From Minisyncoccota bacterium (GTDB lineage Bacteria > Patescibacteriota > Minisyncoccia > Phycocordibacterales > UBA5272): DNA of 55,758 nucleotides. Below, one piece after another: positions 45,815 through 55,053 of this stretch; position 1 is the stretch's first letter, and every line of letters starts with the position of its first letter. Location of the stretch: positions 1-55,758 of the forward strand of contig DALYEZ010000001.1 of NCBI GenBank assembly GCA_031972295.1, written 5' to 3'. Made by a program: the position numbers and the translations under genes. A model generated the notes under the pieces. It ran no database searches, was not told the origin of the DNA, and saw only the letters and a list, made by a program, of their open reading frames with translations.

Positions 45815-47674
45815 ATGGCAAAAATTATCGGAATCGACTTAGGAACAACAAACTCTGCGGTTGCCATTATCGAAGCAGGGCAGCCAAAGATTATTGAAAA
45901 TATTGAAGGTAATCGTACAACACCGTCAATTATTGCTCAGGCAAAAAATGGTGAACGCCTCGTAGGACTCCTTGCCAAGCGTCAGGCAGTAACAAACCCA
46001 CATAACACCATTTACGGTGTGAAGCGCTACATGGGGCACCGTTTCGACGATGCAGAGGTACAAAAAGACAAGGCAAGTGTTCCGTACAAGATTAAAAAGG
46101 CTGAAAATGGTGGCGTGCTTGTGGAAATGGATGGTAAAGACTACCGACCTGAAGAAGTTTCAGCAATGATTTTACAAAAAATCAAAGCAGATGTTGAAGC
46201 AAAACTCGGTGAGAAAATTACAGAAGCAGTTATTACTGTTCCTGCATACTTCAACGACTCACAACGACAGGCAACAAAAGATGCGGGTAAAATTGCAGGT
46301 CTTGATGTGAAGCGTATTATCAACGAACCAACAGCAGCTGCGCTTGCGTACGGATTTAACTCTAAAAAAGATCAGCAAATCGCGGTGTACGACTTTGGAG
46401 GTGGGACATTCGACGTCTCTATCCTTGAAGTCAGTGGCGATGTTATTGAAGTGAAGTCAACAGACGGTGACTCACATTTAGGTGGAGAAGACATTGACCA
46501 GAAAATTGTAAAATTTATCGCTGATGAATATAAGAAAGAAAGTGGTATTGATGTTACAAGTGATGCCCTTGCACTCCAGCGATTGAAAGAAGCAGCTGAG
46601 AAAGCAAAACATGAGCTTTCAACAACAATGGAATCAGAAATTAACATTCCATTTATTACTTCAGATGCTTCAGGGCCAAAGCATCTCCTTATGCGTATGT
46701 CTCGAGTGCAACTCGAAGGAATTGCAAAGGAATTTATCGATCGATCTATTGAGATCACTAAGCGTGCGCTTGAAAATTCTCCATTCAAGAAAGATCAGAT
46801 TGATGAAGTGATTCTTGTGGGAGGACAGACTCGTATGCCTGCGATTGTAGAGGCGGTAAAAGCTTTCTTTGGGAAAGAGCCAAATAGAACTATCAACCCA
46901 GATGAAGTAGTAGCGCTCGGTGCAGCTGTGCAAGCCGGAGTTCTGCAAGGTGATGTGAAGGATGTTCTTCTTTTGGATGTGATCCCACTTTCTCTCGGTA
47001 TTGAAACTATGGGAAATGTAGCTACAAAGCTTGTAGAACGTAATACCACTATTCCAACGCAGCGATCTCAAACCTTCTCAACTGCTGCTGACAATCAAAC
47101 TTCAGTGGAGATTCATATCGTACAAGGTGAGCGACCTATGGCGGCTGACAACAAATCTCTTGGGCGATTTGTACTCGACGGCATTCCACCAAGTCCGCGT
47201 GGTGTACCACAAGTAGAGGTAACCTTTGATGTTGATGCGAACGGAATTTTGCAGGTAAAGGCAAAAGACAAGACTTCAGGTAAAGAACAGAGTATTCGTA
47301 TTGAGGCATCTTCTGGTCTTAAAGAAGAAGATATCAAGCGTATGCAGCAAGAAGCAGAAATCCATGCTGAGGAAGACAAGAAAAAGAAAGAATTAATTGA
47401 GGCTCGTAACATGGCACAGTCACTTGCATACACCGCTGAGAAAGCTCTCAAAGATGCTGGAGATAAAATAAGTGACGAGGTGAAGAAAAATGTACAAATA
47501 GAAATTGAAAACGTACAGAAAGTAATGTCAAGCGAAGACAAAGATGCTATTGAAAAAGCAACGGAAAGCCTAAGTACTGCAATGCAAAAAATTGGTGAAG
47601 AAATGAGTAAGCACCAAGCTGATGCACCACAAGCTGACGCTGAACCAAAGCCGGAAGAACCAAAAACTGAATAA
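45815..47674 (+). CDS. dnaK: Chaperone DnaK
   Basis: [44 protein letters not shown]. Confidence 0.99.
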   Translation: MAKIIGIDLGTTNSAVAIIEAGQPKIIENIEGNRTTPSIIAQAKNGERLVGLLAKRQAVTNPHNTIYGVKRYMGHRFDDAEVQKDKASVPYKIKKAENGGVLVEMDGKDYRPEEVSAMILQKIKADVEAKLGEKITEAVITVPAYFNDSQRQATKDAGKIAGLDVKRIINEPTAAALAYGFNSKKDQQIAVYDFGGGTFDVSILEVSGDVIEVKSTDGDSHLGGEDIDQKIVKFIADEYKKESGIDVTSDALALQRLKEAAEKAKHELSTTMESEINIPFITSDASGPKHLLMRMSRVQLEGIAKEFIDRSIEITKRALENSPFKKDQIDEVILVGGQTRMPAIVEAVKAFFGKEPNRTINPDEVVALGAAVQAGVLQGDVKDVLLLDVIPLSLGIETMGNVATKLVERNTTIPTQRSQTFSTAADNQTSVEIHIVQGERPMAADNKSLGRFVLDGIPPSPRGVPQVEVTFDVDANGILQVKAKDKTSGKEQSIRIEASSGLKEEDIKRMQQEAEIHAEEDKKKKELIEARNMAQSLAYTAEKALKDAGDKISDEVKKNVQIEIENVQKVMSSEDKDAIEKATESLSTAMQKIGEEMSKHQADAPQADAEPKPEEPKTE

Positions 47675-47678
47675 TTTT

Positions 47679-47718
47679 TATAAAACAAAATCCTGCAAAA
47701 GCGGGATTTTGTTTTATA
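47679..47718 (+). terminator. Intrinsic terminator between dnaK and dnaJ
   Basis: 18-bp stem tataaaacaaaatcctgc-aaaa-gcgggattttgttttata (one G-U pair). Confidence 0.85.
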
Positions 47719-47756
47719 TTGAAAAGTTATAAAAATCAAGTACTATATGAATACCT

Positions 47757-48842
47757 ATGGCGGCGAAAAACTACTATGACATTCTTGGGGTTTCAAAAGG
47801 TGCCTCTAAAGATGAAATAAAAAAAGCTTTCTATAAACTCGCCCACAAGTACCACCCAGACAAAAAAGAAGGTGACGAGGCAAAATTTAAAGAAGTAAAC
47901 GAGGCATACCAAACTCTCTCTGATGATCAAAAACGACAACAATACGATACCTACGGACAAACCTTTAATGGCGCTGGTCCTCAACAAGGTGGAGGTTTTG
48001 GTGGATTTGATTTTTCTGGATTTCAAAACAGCGGAGGCTTTAATGTAAACATGGATGATATTGGAGATATCTTCGGTGATTTTTTTGGAGGTTTCGGTGG
48101 TGGTGGACGATCTCGAAAACCTCGTGGGGCAGATATCTCAGTACAAGTTCTTGTTTCATTTGAAGAATCTGTTTTCGGGGCAAAAAGAACACTCCAGATG
48201 ACCAAAAATGCAGCATGTGAGACATGTACTGGCACAGGTGCGGCACCTCACTCAAAGATGAAAACCTGTGACACCTGTAAAGGTCAAGGTAAGGTGAAAG
48301 ATACACGAGCATCTTTTTTGGGTGGAATATCAATGGTGCGAATTTGCGATACGTGTCATGGGGATGGAAAAGTTCCAGAACAAAAATGTAAGACTTGTAG
48401 TGGAGATGGAGTAACCCGTAAGCGAGAGGAAATAACAATTGAAATTCCAAAAGGTATTCAAAATGGAGAGACGCTGCAGATGTCAGGTGGTGGGGAGTCA
48501 ATACAAGGTGGAACACCAGGGAATTTGTATGTGCAGATAAAAGTTGAGCCGCACAAACTCTTCAAGAGAGATGGGTATGACATTGTGTATAAACACTCTA
48601 TTTCTGTGAGTGATGCAATTCTTGGTGCGAAGCAAACTATTAAAACTCTCGATGGGGAGCATGCTCTCCATATACCAGAAGGTTCAGCTCATGGATCTCT
48701 TGTACGTATTTCCGGAAAAGGTGTGCCGAATGACCGAGGTAAGCGTGGCGACTTTGTAGTGGTACTTGATTTAAAAGTGCCACAAAAGCTTTCTAAGAAA
48801 GCAAGAGAATTAGTGGAAAAACTAAAAGAGGAGGGACTCTAA
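47757..48842 (+). CDS. dnaJ: Chaperone DnaJ
   Basis: J-domain HPD, G/F-rich region, four CxxCxGxG zinc motifs. Confidence 0.98.
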   Translation: MAAKNYYDILGVSKGASKDEIKKAFYKLAHKYHPDKKEGDEAKFKEVNEAYQTLSDDQKRQQYDTYGQTFNGAGPQQGGGFGGFDFSGFQNSGGFNVNMDDIGDIFGDFFGGFGGGGRSRKPRGADISVQVLVSFEESVFGAKRTLQMTKNAACETCTGTGAAPHSKMKTCDTCKGQGKVKDTRASFLGGISMVRICDTCHGDGKVPEQKCKTCSGDGVTRKREEITIEIPKGIQNGETLQMSGGGESIQGGTPGNLYVQIKVEPHKLFKRDGYDIVYKHSISVSDAILGAKQTIKTLDGEHALHIPEGSAHGSLVRISGKGVPNDRGKRGDFVVVLDLKVPQKLSKKARELVEKLKEEGL

Positions 48843-48847
48843 AAATA

Positions 48848-48893
48848 CAAAACCCCGCAAAACTGAGACACGACTTTCGTGGGGTTTTGCGGG
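48848..48893. terminator. Bidirectional terminator between dnaJ and a small convergent ORF
   Basis: aaaaccccgc/gtggggtttt stem, with alternative cccgcaaaac/gttttgcggg pairing. Confidence 0.7.
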
Positions 48894-48897
48894 CAAT

Positions 48898-49077
48898 TTA
48901 GATGTAGGAAGGACTCATAAACAAAGCCTTCTCTTGTGTCTTTTCAAAAAAATCTCGTTGGCTTAAATGCCAAATGGTTCCTGATTGGTCTTGAATCACG
49001 TACACACCCGCCTTAACATCTAGAACCATTGCGTAACAAAATGATCCTTCTTGATCATATATTCGCACAATTTCCAT
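48898..49077 (-). CDS. 59-aa hypothetical protein (MEIVRIYDQEGSFCYAMVLDVKAGVYVIQDQSGTIWHLSQRDFFEKTQEKALFMSPSYI)
   Basis: AGGAGAGG SD, TTGACT-N17-TACAAA upstream, ends at a shared terminator; missed by the ORF track. Confidence 0.65.
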   Translation of the reverse strand: MEIVRIYDQEGSFCYAMVLDVKAGVYVIQDQSGTIWHLSQRDFFEKTQEKALFMSPSYI

Positions 49078-49165
49078 GAACCCTCTCCTGAGATTGTTGT
49101 TTTAATTTGTAACAATAGACAAAATAAAAGTCAAGGTCGTGATTTCTCTATATAATTGATACTAT

Positions 49166-50182
49166 ATGCAGATGAATACGGAAGATATAGTACTCACTGG
49201 CGATCGACCAACAGGAAAACTGCACCTTGGACATTTTGTTGGTTCAATACAAAACCGGCTCAAACTTCAAGATGAATACCAGAACTGCTATTACATGATT
49301 GCGGATATTCAAGCACTTACCGACAATGCGGATAATCCTCAAAAAGTACGTGACAATGTGCTTGAAGTCGCACTCGATAATCTCGCATGTGGTCTTGATC
49401 CAAAAAAGACTACTATGTTTATTCAGTCGCAAGTACCCGAGATTGCTGAGCTCACAGTACTTTTCTTAAATCTGGTAACAGTTGCGCGTCTAAAGCGTAA
49501 CCCAACCGTGAAAGCAGAGATGAGGCAAAAGGGGTTTGGTGAGGATGTACCGGCTGGATTTCTTACGTATCCTATAAGCCAAGCAGCGGACATCCTTTCA
49601 GTAAAAGGAAATGTAGTTCCTGTTGGAGAAGATCAGCTTCCTGTGCTTGAGCAAGCAAATGAAATCATTGATTCGTTTAATAGAATTTATGGCGAGACAT
49701 TTAAAAAAATTACAGGTCTTCTTGGTGCGAAAAACACTCAACGGCTAGTTGGCTTGGATGGTAATGCAAAAATGAGTAAATCTCTTGGTAATACCATTAA
49801 CCTTGCTGATGATGAAAAAACAATCATTTCTCAGGTGCGAAAAATGTACACTGACCCAGCACATATTCACAAAGAAGAACCTGGAAAAGTAGAGGGTAAT
49901 GTGGTGTTTACGTATCTCGATATTTTCGACTCAAACAAAGATGAAGTTGCAGAACTCAAAAGGCAATATAAGAAAGGGGGATTGGGGGACATGGAACTTA
50001 AGAATCGTCTATCGGCACGACTCGATGAAATTATTGCACCTATCCGTGCGCGGCGTGAAGAGCTTGCAAAAAATCCAGACGCGGTGATGAAAATCCTTGA
50101 AGAGGGAACAAAGAAAATGAGAAAAGAAGCTCAAAAGACTCTCTCTGAAGTAAAAGAGAAACTCAAGATATCCTATTTTTAA
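49166..50182 (+). CDS. trpS: Tryptophan--tRNA ligase
   Basis: TGDRPTGKLHLGH, YPISQAADIL, PVGEDQ, KMSKS. Confidence 0.97.
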   Translation: MQMNTEDIVLTGDRPTGKLHLGHFVGSIQNRLKLQDEYQNCYYMIADIQALTDNADNPQKVRDNVLEVALDNLACGLDPKKTTMFIQSQVPEIAELTVLFLNLVTVARLKRNPTVKAEMRQKGFGEDVPAGFLTYPISQAADILSVKGNVVPVGEDQLPVLEQANEIIDSFNRIYGETFKKITGLLGAKNTQRLVGLDGNAKMSKSLGNTINLADDEKTIISQVRKMYTDPAHIHKEEPGKVEGNVVFTYLDIFDSNKDEVAELKRQYKKGGLGDMELKNRLSARLDEIIAPIRARREELAKNPDAVMKILEEGTKKMRKEAQKTLSEVKEKLKISYF

Positions 50183-50210
50183 TTTTACCTAAAAAAGGTA
50201 GAATACCCAG

Positions 50211-51635
50211 ATGAAACGCGTATACATAGGAGGACTTGCACAGCACGCAGATACCGCAGTGTCAATTCAAGGGTGGGTTCATACAAAAAGAAATCAAGGA
50301 AAGATGGTTTTCTTTGAATTTCGTGACATGACAGGAAAAGTGCAGGGAGTTGTCCTTCCAGGCAATGAAAATCTTAAAGCCCAGGCGGACGAACTCCGTG
50401 ACGAGTGTGTCGTAGAAATAACCGGTACAATCAATAAGCGTCCCGAGAAGAATGTGCAGGTTGGGAAGATAAACGGCGATATAGAGATGGTGATCGAGTC
50501 GATTTCTCTTCTCAACAAAGCTGAGGTTCTCCCTTTCCCCATTGCAAGTGATACACGAGAAATTGGCGAAGATGTACGGTTTACGCACCGCTACCTTGAT
50601 TTACGAAGTGAGCGCATGCAACGAAATATTCGCAAACGTGGAGAGGTTTTGCAATTTATTCGTAACTACCTTGCGGAAGAAAAGTTTACTGAAGTTGAAA
50701 CACCACTGCTTACAAAATCAACTCCTGAGGGTGCTCGTGATTTTGTAGTACCTGCACGGCTCTATCCTGGAAGTTTTTATGCGCTTCCACAATCTCCACA
50801 ACAATACAAACAACTTCTGATGACCGCAGGAATTGAACGTTATTTTCAAGTAGCTAAATGTCTTCGAGATGAAGATTCTCGTGGTGACCGTCAGCCAGAA
50901 TTCACACAGCTCGATATGGAAATGAGTTTTGTGAAAAAAGAAGATGTTATGGCATTAAACGAGAAGCTTCTTATTGAGCTTGTTTCGAAACATTATCCTG
51001 AGAAAAAGATTCAGCAAATTCCTTTTCCGCGCATTTCGTATAAAGAGGCAATGGAAAAATATGGAAATGATAGACCTGATATTCGTGAAGATAAAAATGA
51101 CCCAGATCTTTTGGCATTTTGTTGGGTAGTAGATTTCCCATTCTTTGAACGTACTGATAAGTCTGATAACCCTGATACTTTTGGAGACTGGACGTTCACT
51201 CACAATCCATTTTCTCGCCCAGTTTCAGAGCACATGAGTAACCTCATGGAAAAGAAAAACATTGGAGATATCATTACTTCTCAATATGATATTACATTAA
51301 ACGGTTACGAGATTGGTGGTGGAAGTATTCGAAATCATGAAGTAGGAGCACTCATGACTGTTTTTGAAATTCTTGGTTACAAAGAAGAAGAAATAAAAGC
51401 AAACTTCGGACACATGCTTACCGCATTTTCACTTGGCACACCACCTCACGGAGGTATTGCCTGGGGGTTTGATCGCCTCATGATGATTCTCCACAACGAA
51501 GCAAATATTCGTGAAGTTATGGCATTTCCGAAAACAGGCGAAGGAAAAGATCTTATGATGCAATCGCCAAGTACTATTTCAGACAAGCAACTTAAAGAAC
51601 TTTCTCTTGAGCTCAAACTCAAAAAACATGTCTAG
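50211..51635 (+). CDS. aspS: Aspartate--tRNA ligase, bacterial type lacking the GAD domain
   Basis: STPEGARDF, ALPQSPQQYKQLLM, RDED.RGDRQPEFTQLDMEM, NGYEIGGGSIR, PPHGGIAWGFDRL. Confidence 0.96.
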   Translation: MKRVYIGGLAQHADTAVSIQGWVHTKRNQGKMVFFEFRDMTGKVQGVVLPGNENLKAQADELRDECVVEITGTINKRPEKNVQVGKINGDIEMVIESISLLNKAEVLPFPIASDTREIGEDVRFTHRYLDLRSERMQRNIRKRGEVLQFIRNYLAEEKFTEVETPLLTKSTPEGARDFVVPARLYPGSFYALPQSPQQYKQLLMTAGIERYFQVAKCLRDEDSRGDRQPEFTQLDMEMSFVKKEDVMALNEKLLIELVSKHYPEKKIQQIPFPRISYKEAMEKYGNDRPDIREDKNDPDLLAFCWVVDFPFFERTDKSDNPDTFGDWTFTHNPFSRPVSEHMSNLMEKKNIGDIITSQYDITLNGYEIGGGSIRNHEVGALMTVFEILGYKEEEIKANFGHMLTAFSLGTPPHGGIAWGFDRLMMILHNEANIREVMAFPKTGEGKDLMMQSPSTISDKQLKELSLELKLKKHV

Positions 51636-52347
51636 TGATTTTGTAGTTAAAGCACGAGATTTTGAAGGGCCGCTCGAGCTCTTGCTTGAGCTTATTGAGG
51701 AGCATAAACTTTCTGTTAATGAAGTTTCTTTAGCTACTATCTCAGACGAGTATATCCGCTATTTAGAAACAATAGGTATTCGAGATAGGGAATCACTATC
51801 TCAATTTATTTCTGTGGCAGCAACCCTGATGCTTATTAAATCTCGTACGCTTTTACCTGAACTTGCACTTACCGAAGAAGAGGAGGGGAATATTGACGAA
51901 CTTGAGCAACGTCTACGTGCGTATGCTGAAATAAAAGATGCTTCAAAGAAAATTGAGAGTTTATTTTTAAAATTTCCCCTTTTCCATACAAAGCATTCAC
52001 CGCGCACAATTGCAGTTTTTACTCCTGATCCTTCCGTTACTCAAGCACTCCTGCAAGAATGTATCAACACCATACTTCACGAGTTACCGAAACAAGACAT
52101 GCTTCCTGAAGCTAAAGTTAAAAGAACCCTCGACATAAAAGACGTCATCGAAAGTTTGGTAGCGCGTGTACGTGGGCAAATGAAAATTCCTTTTTCAAGC
52201 CTTATTTCAGATAAAGAAGTTTCTGAACGAAAGTCACTTATTGTGATTCACTTCCTTGCACTTCTTGAACTCATGAAATACGGCACTATTTCCGTTGGGC
52301 AAACTGAAGAGTTTGGTGAGATAATGTTAGAATCACAAAGTATATGA
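51628..52347 (+). CDS. scpA: Segregation/condensation protein A
   Basis: FEGPLELLLELI, FI.VAATL..IKSR.LLP, FLALLELMK. Confidence 0.95.
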   Translation: MSSDFVVKARDFEGPLELLLELIEEHKLSVNEVSLATISDEYIRYLETIGIRDRESLSQFISVAATLMLIKSRTLLPELALTEEEEGNIDELEQRLRAYAEIKDASKKIESLFLKFPLFHTKHSPRTIAVFTPDPSVTQALLQECINTILHELPKQDMLPEAKVKRTLDIKDVIESLVARVRGQMKIPFSSLISDKEVSERKSLIVIHFLALLELMKYGTISVGQTEEFGEIMLESQSI

Positions 52348-52877
52348 CCCCGACACTCGCACAAACCATTGAAGGATTACTTTTCTATTTTGGGGACACT
52401 ATTTCTATTGCAAATCTTGCAATCTACACAAAGAAAACTGAGTCTGAAGTAAAGGAGGCTCTCTCAAATCTTGAGGAAAACCTCAAAGAACGGGGAATTA
52501 TTTTGATTATTCAAAACGAAAAAGCAACCCTCGCGACTCACCCTCTGATTTCGGCAGTAATTACATCAATTCAAAAAGAGGAACTCGAGGGTGAACTTTC
52601 TAAAGCAGCTCAGGAAGTTCTTTCTATTGTTTTGTACGCTGGACCAATTTCAAAAGGCTATATTGATTATATTCGCGGTGTAAATTCGACAGTTAGTGTC
52701 CGCAACTTAGTGGCACGTGGACTCATTGAAAAAAAAGATGGTAGTGCGCGTTCTCAATATGTTGTTACAACTGACTTTTTAATGTCGCTCGGAGTAAGTA
52801 CTCCGCAGTCGATTGAAGGGTACGAAGAAATTAGAACTAAACTTGAAGCAGTGCTTCAAGTATCAAAAAAAGATTAA
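52344..52877 (+). CDS. scpB: Segregation/condensation protein B
   Basis: IEGLLF, LSKAAQEVLSIV.Y.GPI, IDYIRGVNS, Y.VT.DFL. Confidence 0.94.
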   Translation: MTPTLAQTIEGLLFYFGDTISIANLAIYTKKTESEVKEALSNLEENLKERGIILIIQNEKATLATHPLISAVITSIQKEELEGELSKAAQEVLSIVLYAGPISKGYIDYIRGVNSTVSVRNLVARGLIEKKDGSARSQYVVTTDFLMSLGVSTPQSIEGYEEIRTKLEAVLQVSKKD

Positions 52878-52880
52878 TAT

Positions 52881-53933
52881 ATGACTGGAGAACTTTTAAA
52901 ACTATTCATTCCAAGTATCCTTACGTTTTCTATAGGTATTCTAATTACACCAATAGTGACCCACTATCTTTACAAATATAAACTTTGGAAAAAAAGTAGT
53001 GTGAAAATGACCACTGATGGCCAAGTGGCAGAACTTACTAACAAACTCCACAACGATGAAAGTAAGAAAACTCCACGCATGGGAGGTGTTGTAGTCTGGG
53101 GAAGTGTATTTTTAACTACAGGATTTCTCGCCCTTCTTTATGTATTGTTTCCAAGTCAAACAACCGAAGAATTGCAATTTTTTAGTCGCGAACAAACATG
53201 GATTCCTCTTTCAGTAATGCTTGTTGCGGCACTTGTTGGTCTTGTTGATGATCTTTCTGTGGTAAAAATGTTTGGAAATGCAACTGGCGGAGGGCTTTCT
53301 TTAAAAATCCGTATTGGCGCCATTGCTCTTATTGGTGCACTAGTAGGTTACTGGCTATACTCGAAACTTGACCTTACAGGACTCTATCTACCATTTGTTG
53401 GCATGATAAACGTTGGCGTTCTTATTATCCCAATCATTGTCATTTTTATGATTGGCATTTTTTCAGGCGGGGTTATTGACGGAATAGACGGGCTTTCAGG
53501 TGGAGTACTAGCGTCAGCTTTTCTTGGATTTGCCACAATCGCTGGTTACCAGGCTCAATTTGATATTGCCGCGCTTTGTATGGCGATCGTTGGAGGAATT
53601 CTTGCGTTTTTGTGGTTTAATATCCCGCCCGCTCGCTTTTATATGTCAGAAACTGGCATGATGGCTCTCACGACAACTTTGTGTGTTGTGGCAGTACTTA
53701 CAAACTCACTTTTAGTACTTCCCATCATTGCGTTCCCACTTGTGCTTGCTGCAGGGTCAAGCACACTCCAGCTCATTTGGAAAAAAGTTTTCAAAAAGAA
53801 ACTTTTCTTGGTTGCGCCAATTCATCATCATTTTGAAGCACTCGGTTGGCCACCATACAAAGTAGTAATGCGTTTTTGGATCGTCGGAGTTTTTTCAGCA
53901 ACGCTAGGGGTAGTGATTCATATCTTAGGTTAA
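52881..53933 (+). CDS. mraY: Phospho-N-acetylmuramoyl-pentapeptide transferase
   Basis: KTPRMGG, VGLVDD, DGIDGL, WFN.PPARFYM, APIHHHFE. Confidence 0.95.
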   Translation: MTGELLKLFIPSILTFSIGILITPIVTHYLYKYKLWKKSSVKMTTDGQVAELTNKLHNDESKKTPRMGGVVVWGSVFLTTGFLALLYVLFPSQTTEELQFFSREQTWIPLSVMLVAALVGLVDDLSVVKMFGNATGGGLSLKIRIGAIALIGALVGYWLYSKLDLTGLYLPFVGMINVGVLIIPIIVIFMIGIFSGGVIDGIDGLSGGVLASAFLGFATIAGYQAQFDIAALCMAIVGGILAFLWFNIPPARFYMSETGMMALTTTLCVVAVLTNSLLVLPIIAFPLVLAAGSSTLQLIWKKVFKKKLFLVAPIHHHFEALGWPPYKVVMRFWIVGVFSATLGVVIHILG

Positions 53934-53940
53934 ATATTCT

Positions 53941-55053
53941 ATGAAGAATGTTTCCGGACACGCGTTTGATAAGATACTCCTCACTCTTACTCTCATCATT
54001 ACCGTTATTGGGTTTTCATTCTTTGTTTCTGCGTCGCTTGGAATATTTGCAGTCAACAGTGCTAAATTTTACAGTATTCTTGTAAACCAGAGCACATTTC
54101 TGGTTCTGGGTGTTGCGGGATTGTTTGTAACAGCAAAACTATTTCCTTACGAACTTTTGCGACGATACGCACTTCCTATTTTTACACTTGGACTCCTTCT
54201 TTGTTTTCTTGTTTTTGTTCCAGGACTTGGATTTTCTCACGGAGGAGCGACGCGTTGGATTAATCTAGGATTTACTACATTTCAAACAGGAGAGTTTCTA
54301 AAGATTGCAGCCATTATCTACTGCGCGGGTTGGTTTTCTATTTTTAAGCATAAAATTAAGGATTCAAGATATGGTCTCATTCCACTTTGTTGCATTATCG
54401 GACTTTCAGGAATAGCACTTCTTTTACAGCCAGATACTGACACATTTATGGTTCTCGCGGTTGCGTGCGTCGCTATTTATTTTGCTGCTGGTGCACCGTG
54501 GAGAAACTTATTCATACTTGGGGGGCTAGGACTTACACTCATTGTAGGACTTGTTTTAGCTCGTCCATATATCTTGTCGCGACTACTTACATTTGTTGAC
54601 GGTACCAGTGTTGACGTTCGTGGAGCAGGCTACCAAGCCTACCAATCACTTTTAACAGTTGGATCTGGTGGAATAGTTGGACAAGGAATAGGGCAGAGCG
54701 TACAAAAATTTGGTTTTCTTCCTGAGCCAGCAGGAGACTCTATTTTTGCAGTTATTGCAGAGGAAACAGGGCTCATAGGGTCAACAATTCTCCTTCTCCT
54801 GTACTTGCTCTTCTTTTTACGAATTGTGTACATCGCACGTCGAGCTGAAAACACATTTGGTGGACTCTTGGCTCTGGGAATTGGTATACTAATACTCGTA
54901 CAAGCTTTTTTGAATATTGGATCAATGATAGGTATCGTGCCGCTCTCCGGACTTCCGCTTCCACTTGTTAGCCACGGCGGTACCGCTCTTTTTCTAACAC
55001 TCATTCAAATAGGAATTATTCTTAATATTTCAAAAAATATACGCACTATATGA
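53941..55053 (+). CDS. ftsW: FtsW/RodA/SpoVE SEDS family protein (FtsW)
   Basis: GATRWI.LG..TFQ.GEF.K, LLQPD, GYQ..QS, PEPAGDSIFAVIAEE, GLPLPLVSHGG; between mraY and murG. Confidence 0.93.
   Translation: MKNVSGHAFDKILLTLTLIITVIGFSFFVSASLGIFAVNSAKFYSILVNQSTFLVLGVAGLFVTAKLFPYELLRRYALPIFTLGLLLCFLVFVPGLGFSHGGATRWINLGFTTFQTGEFLKIAAIIYCAGWFSIFKHKIKDSRYGLIPLCCIIGLSGIALLLQPDTDTFMVLAVACVAIYFAAGAPWRNLFILGGLGLTLIVGLVLARPYILSRLLTFVDGTSVDVRGAGYQAYQSLLTVGSGGIVGQGIGQSVQKFGFLPEPAGDSIFAVIAEETGLIGSTILLLLYLLFFLRIVYIARRAENTFGGLLALGIGILILVQAFLNIGSMIGIVPLSGLPLPLVSHGGTALFLTLIQIGIILNISKNIRTI

Noticed and set aside
47113-47739. Long antisense ORFs (47113-47739, 15656-16285, 40695-41186 and similar)
   Set aside because: They lie opposite strongly conserved genes (dnaK, uvrA, the J-like gene) with Ser/Phe-rich mirror composition and no independent signals.
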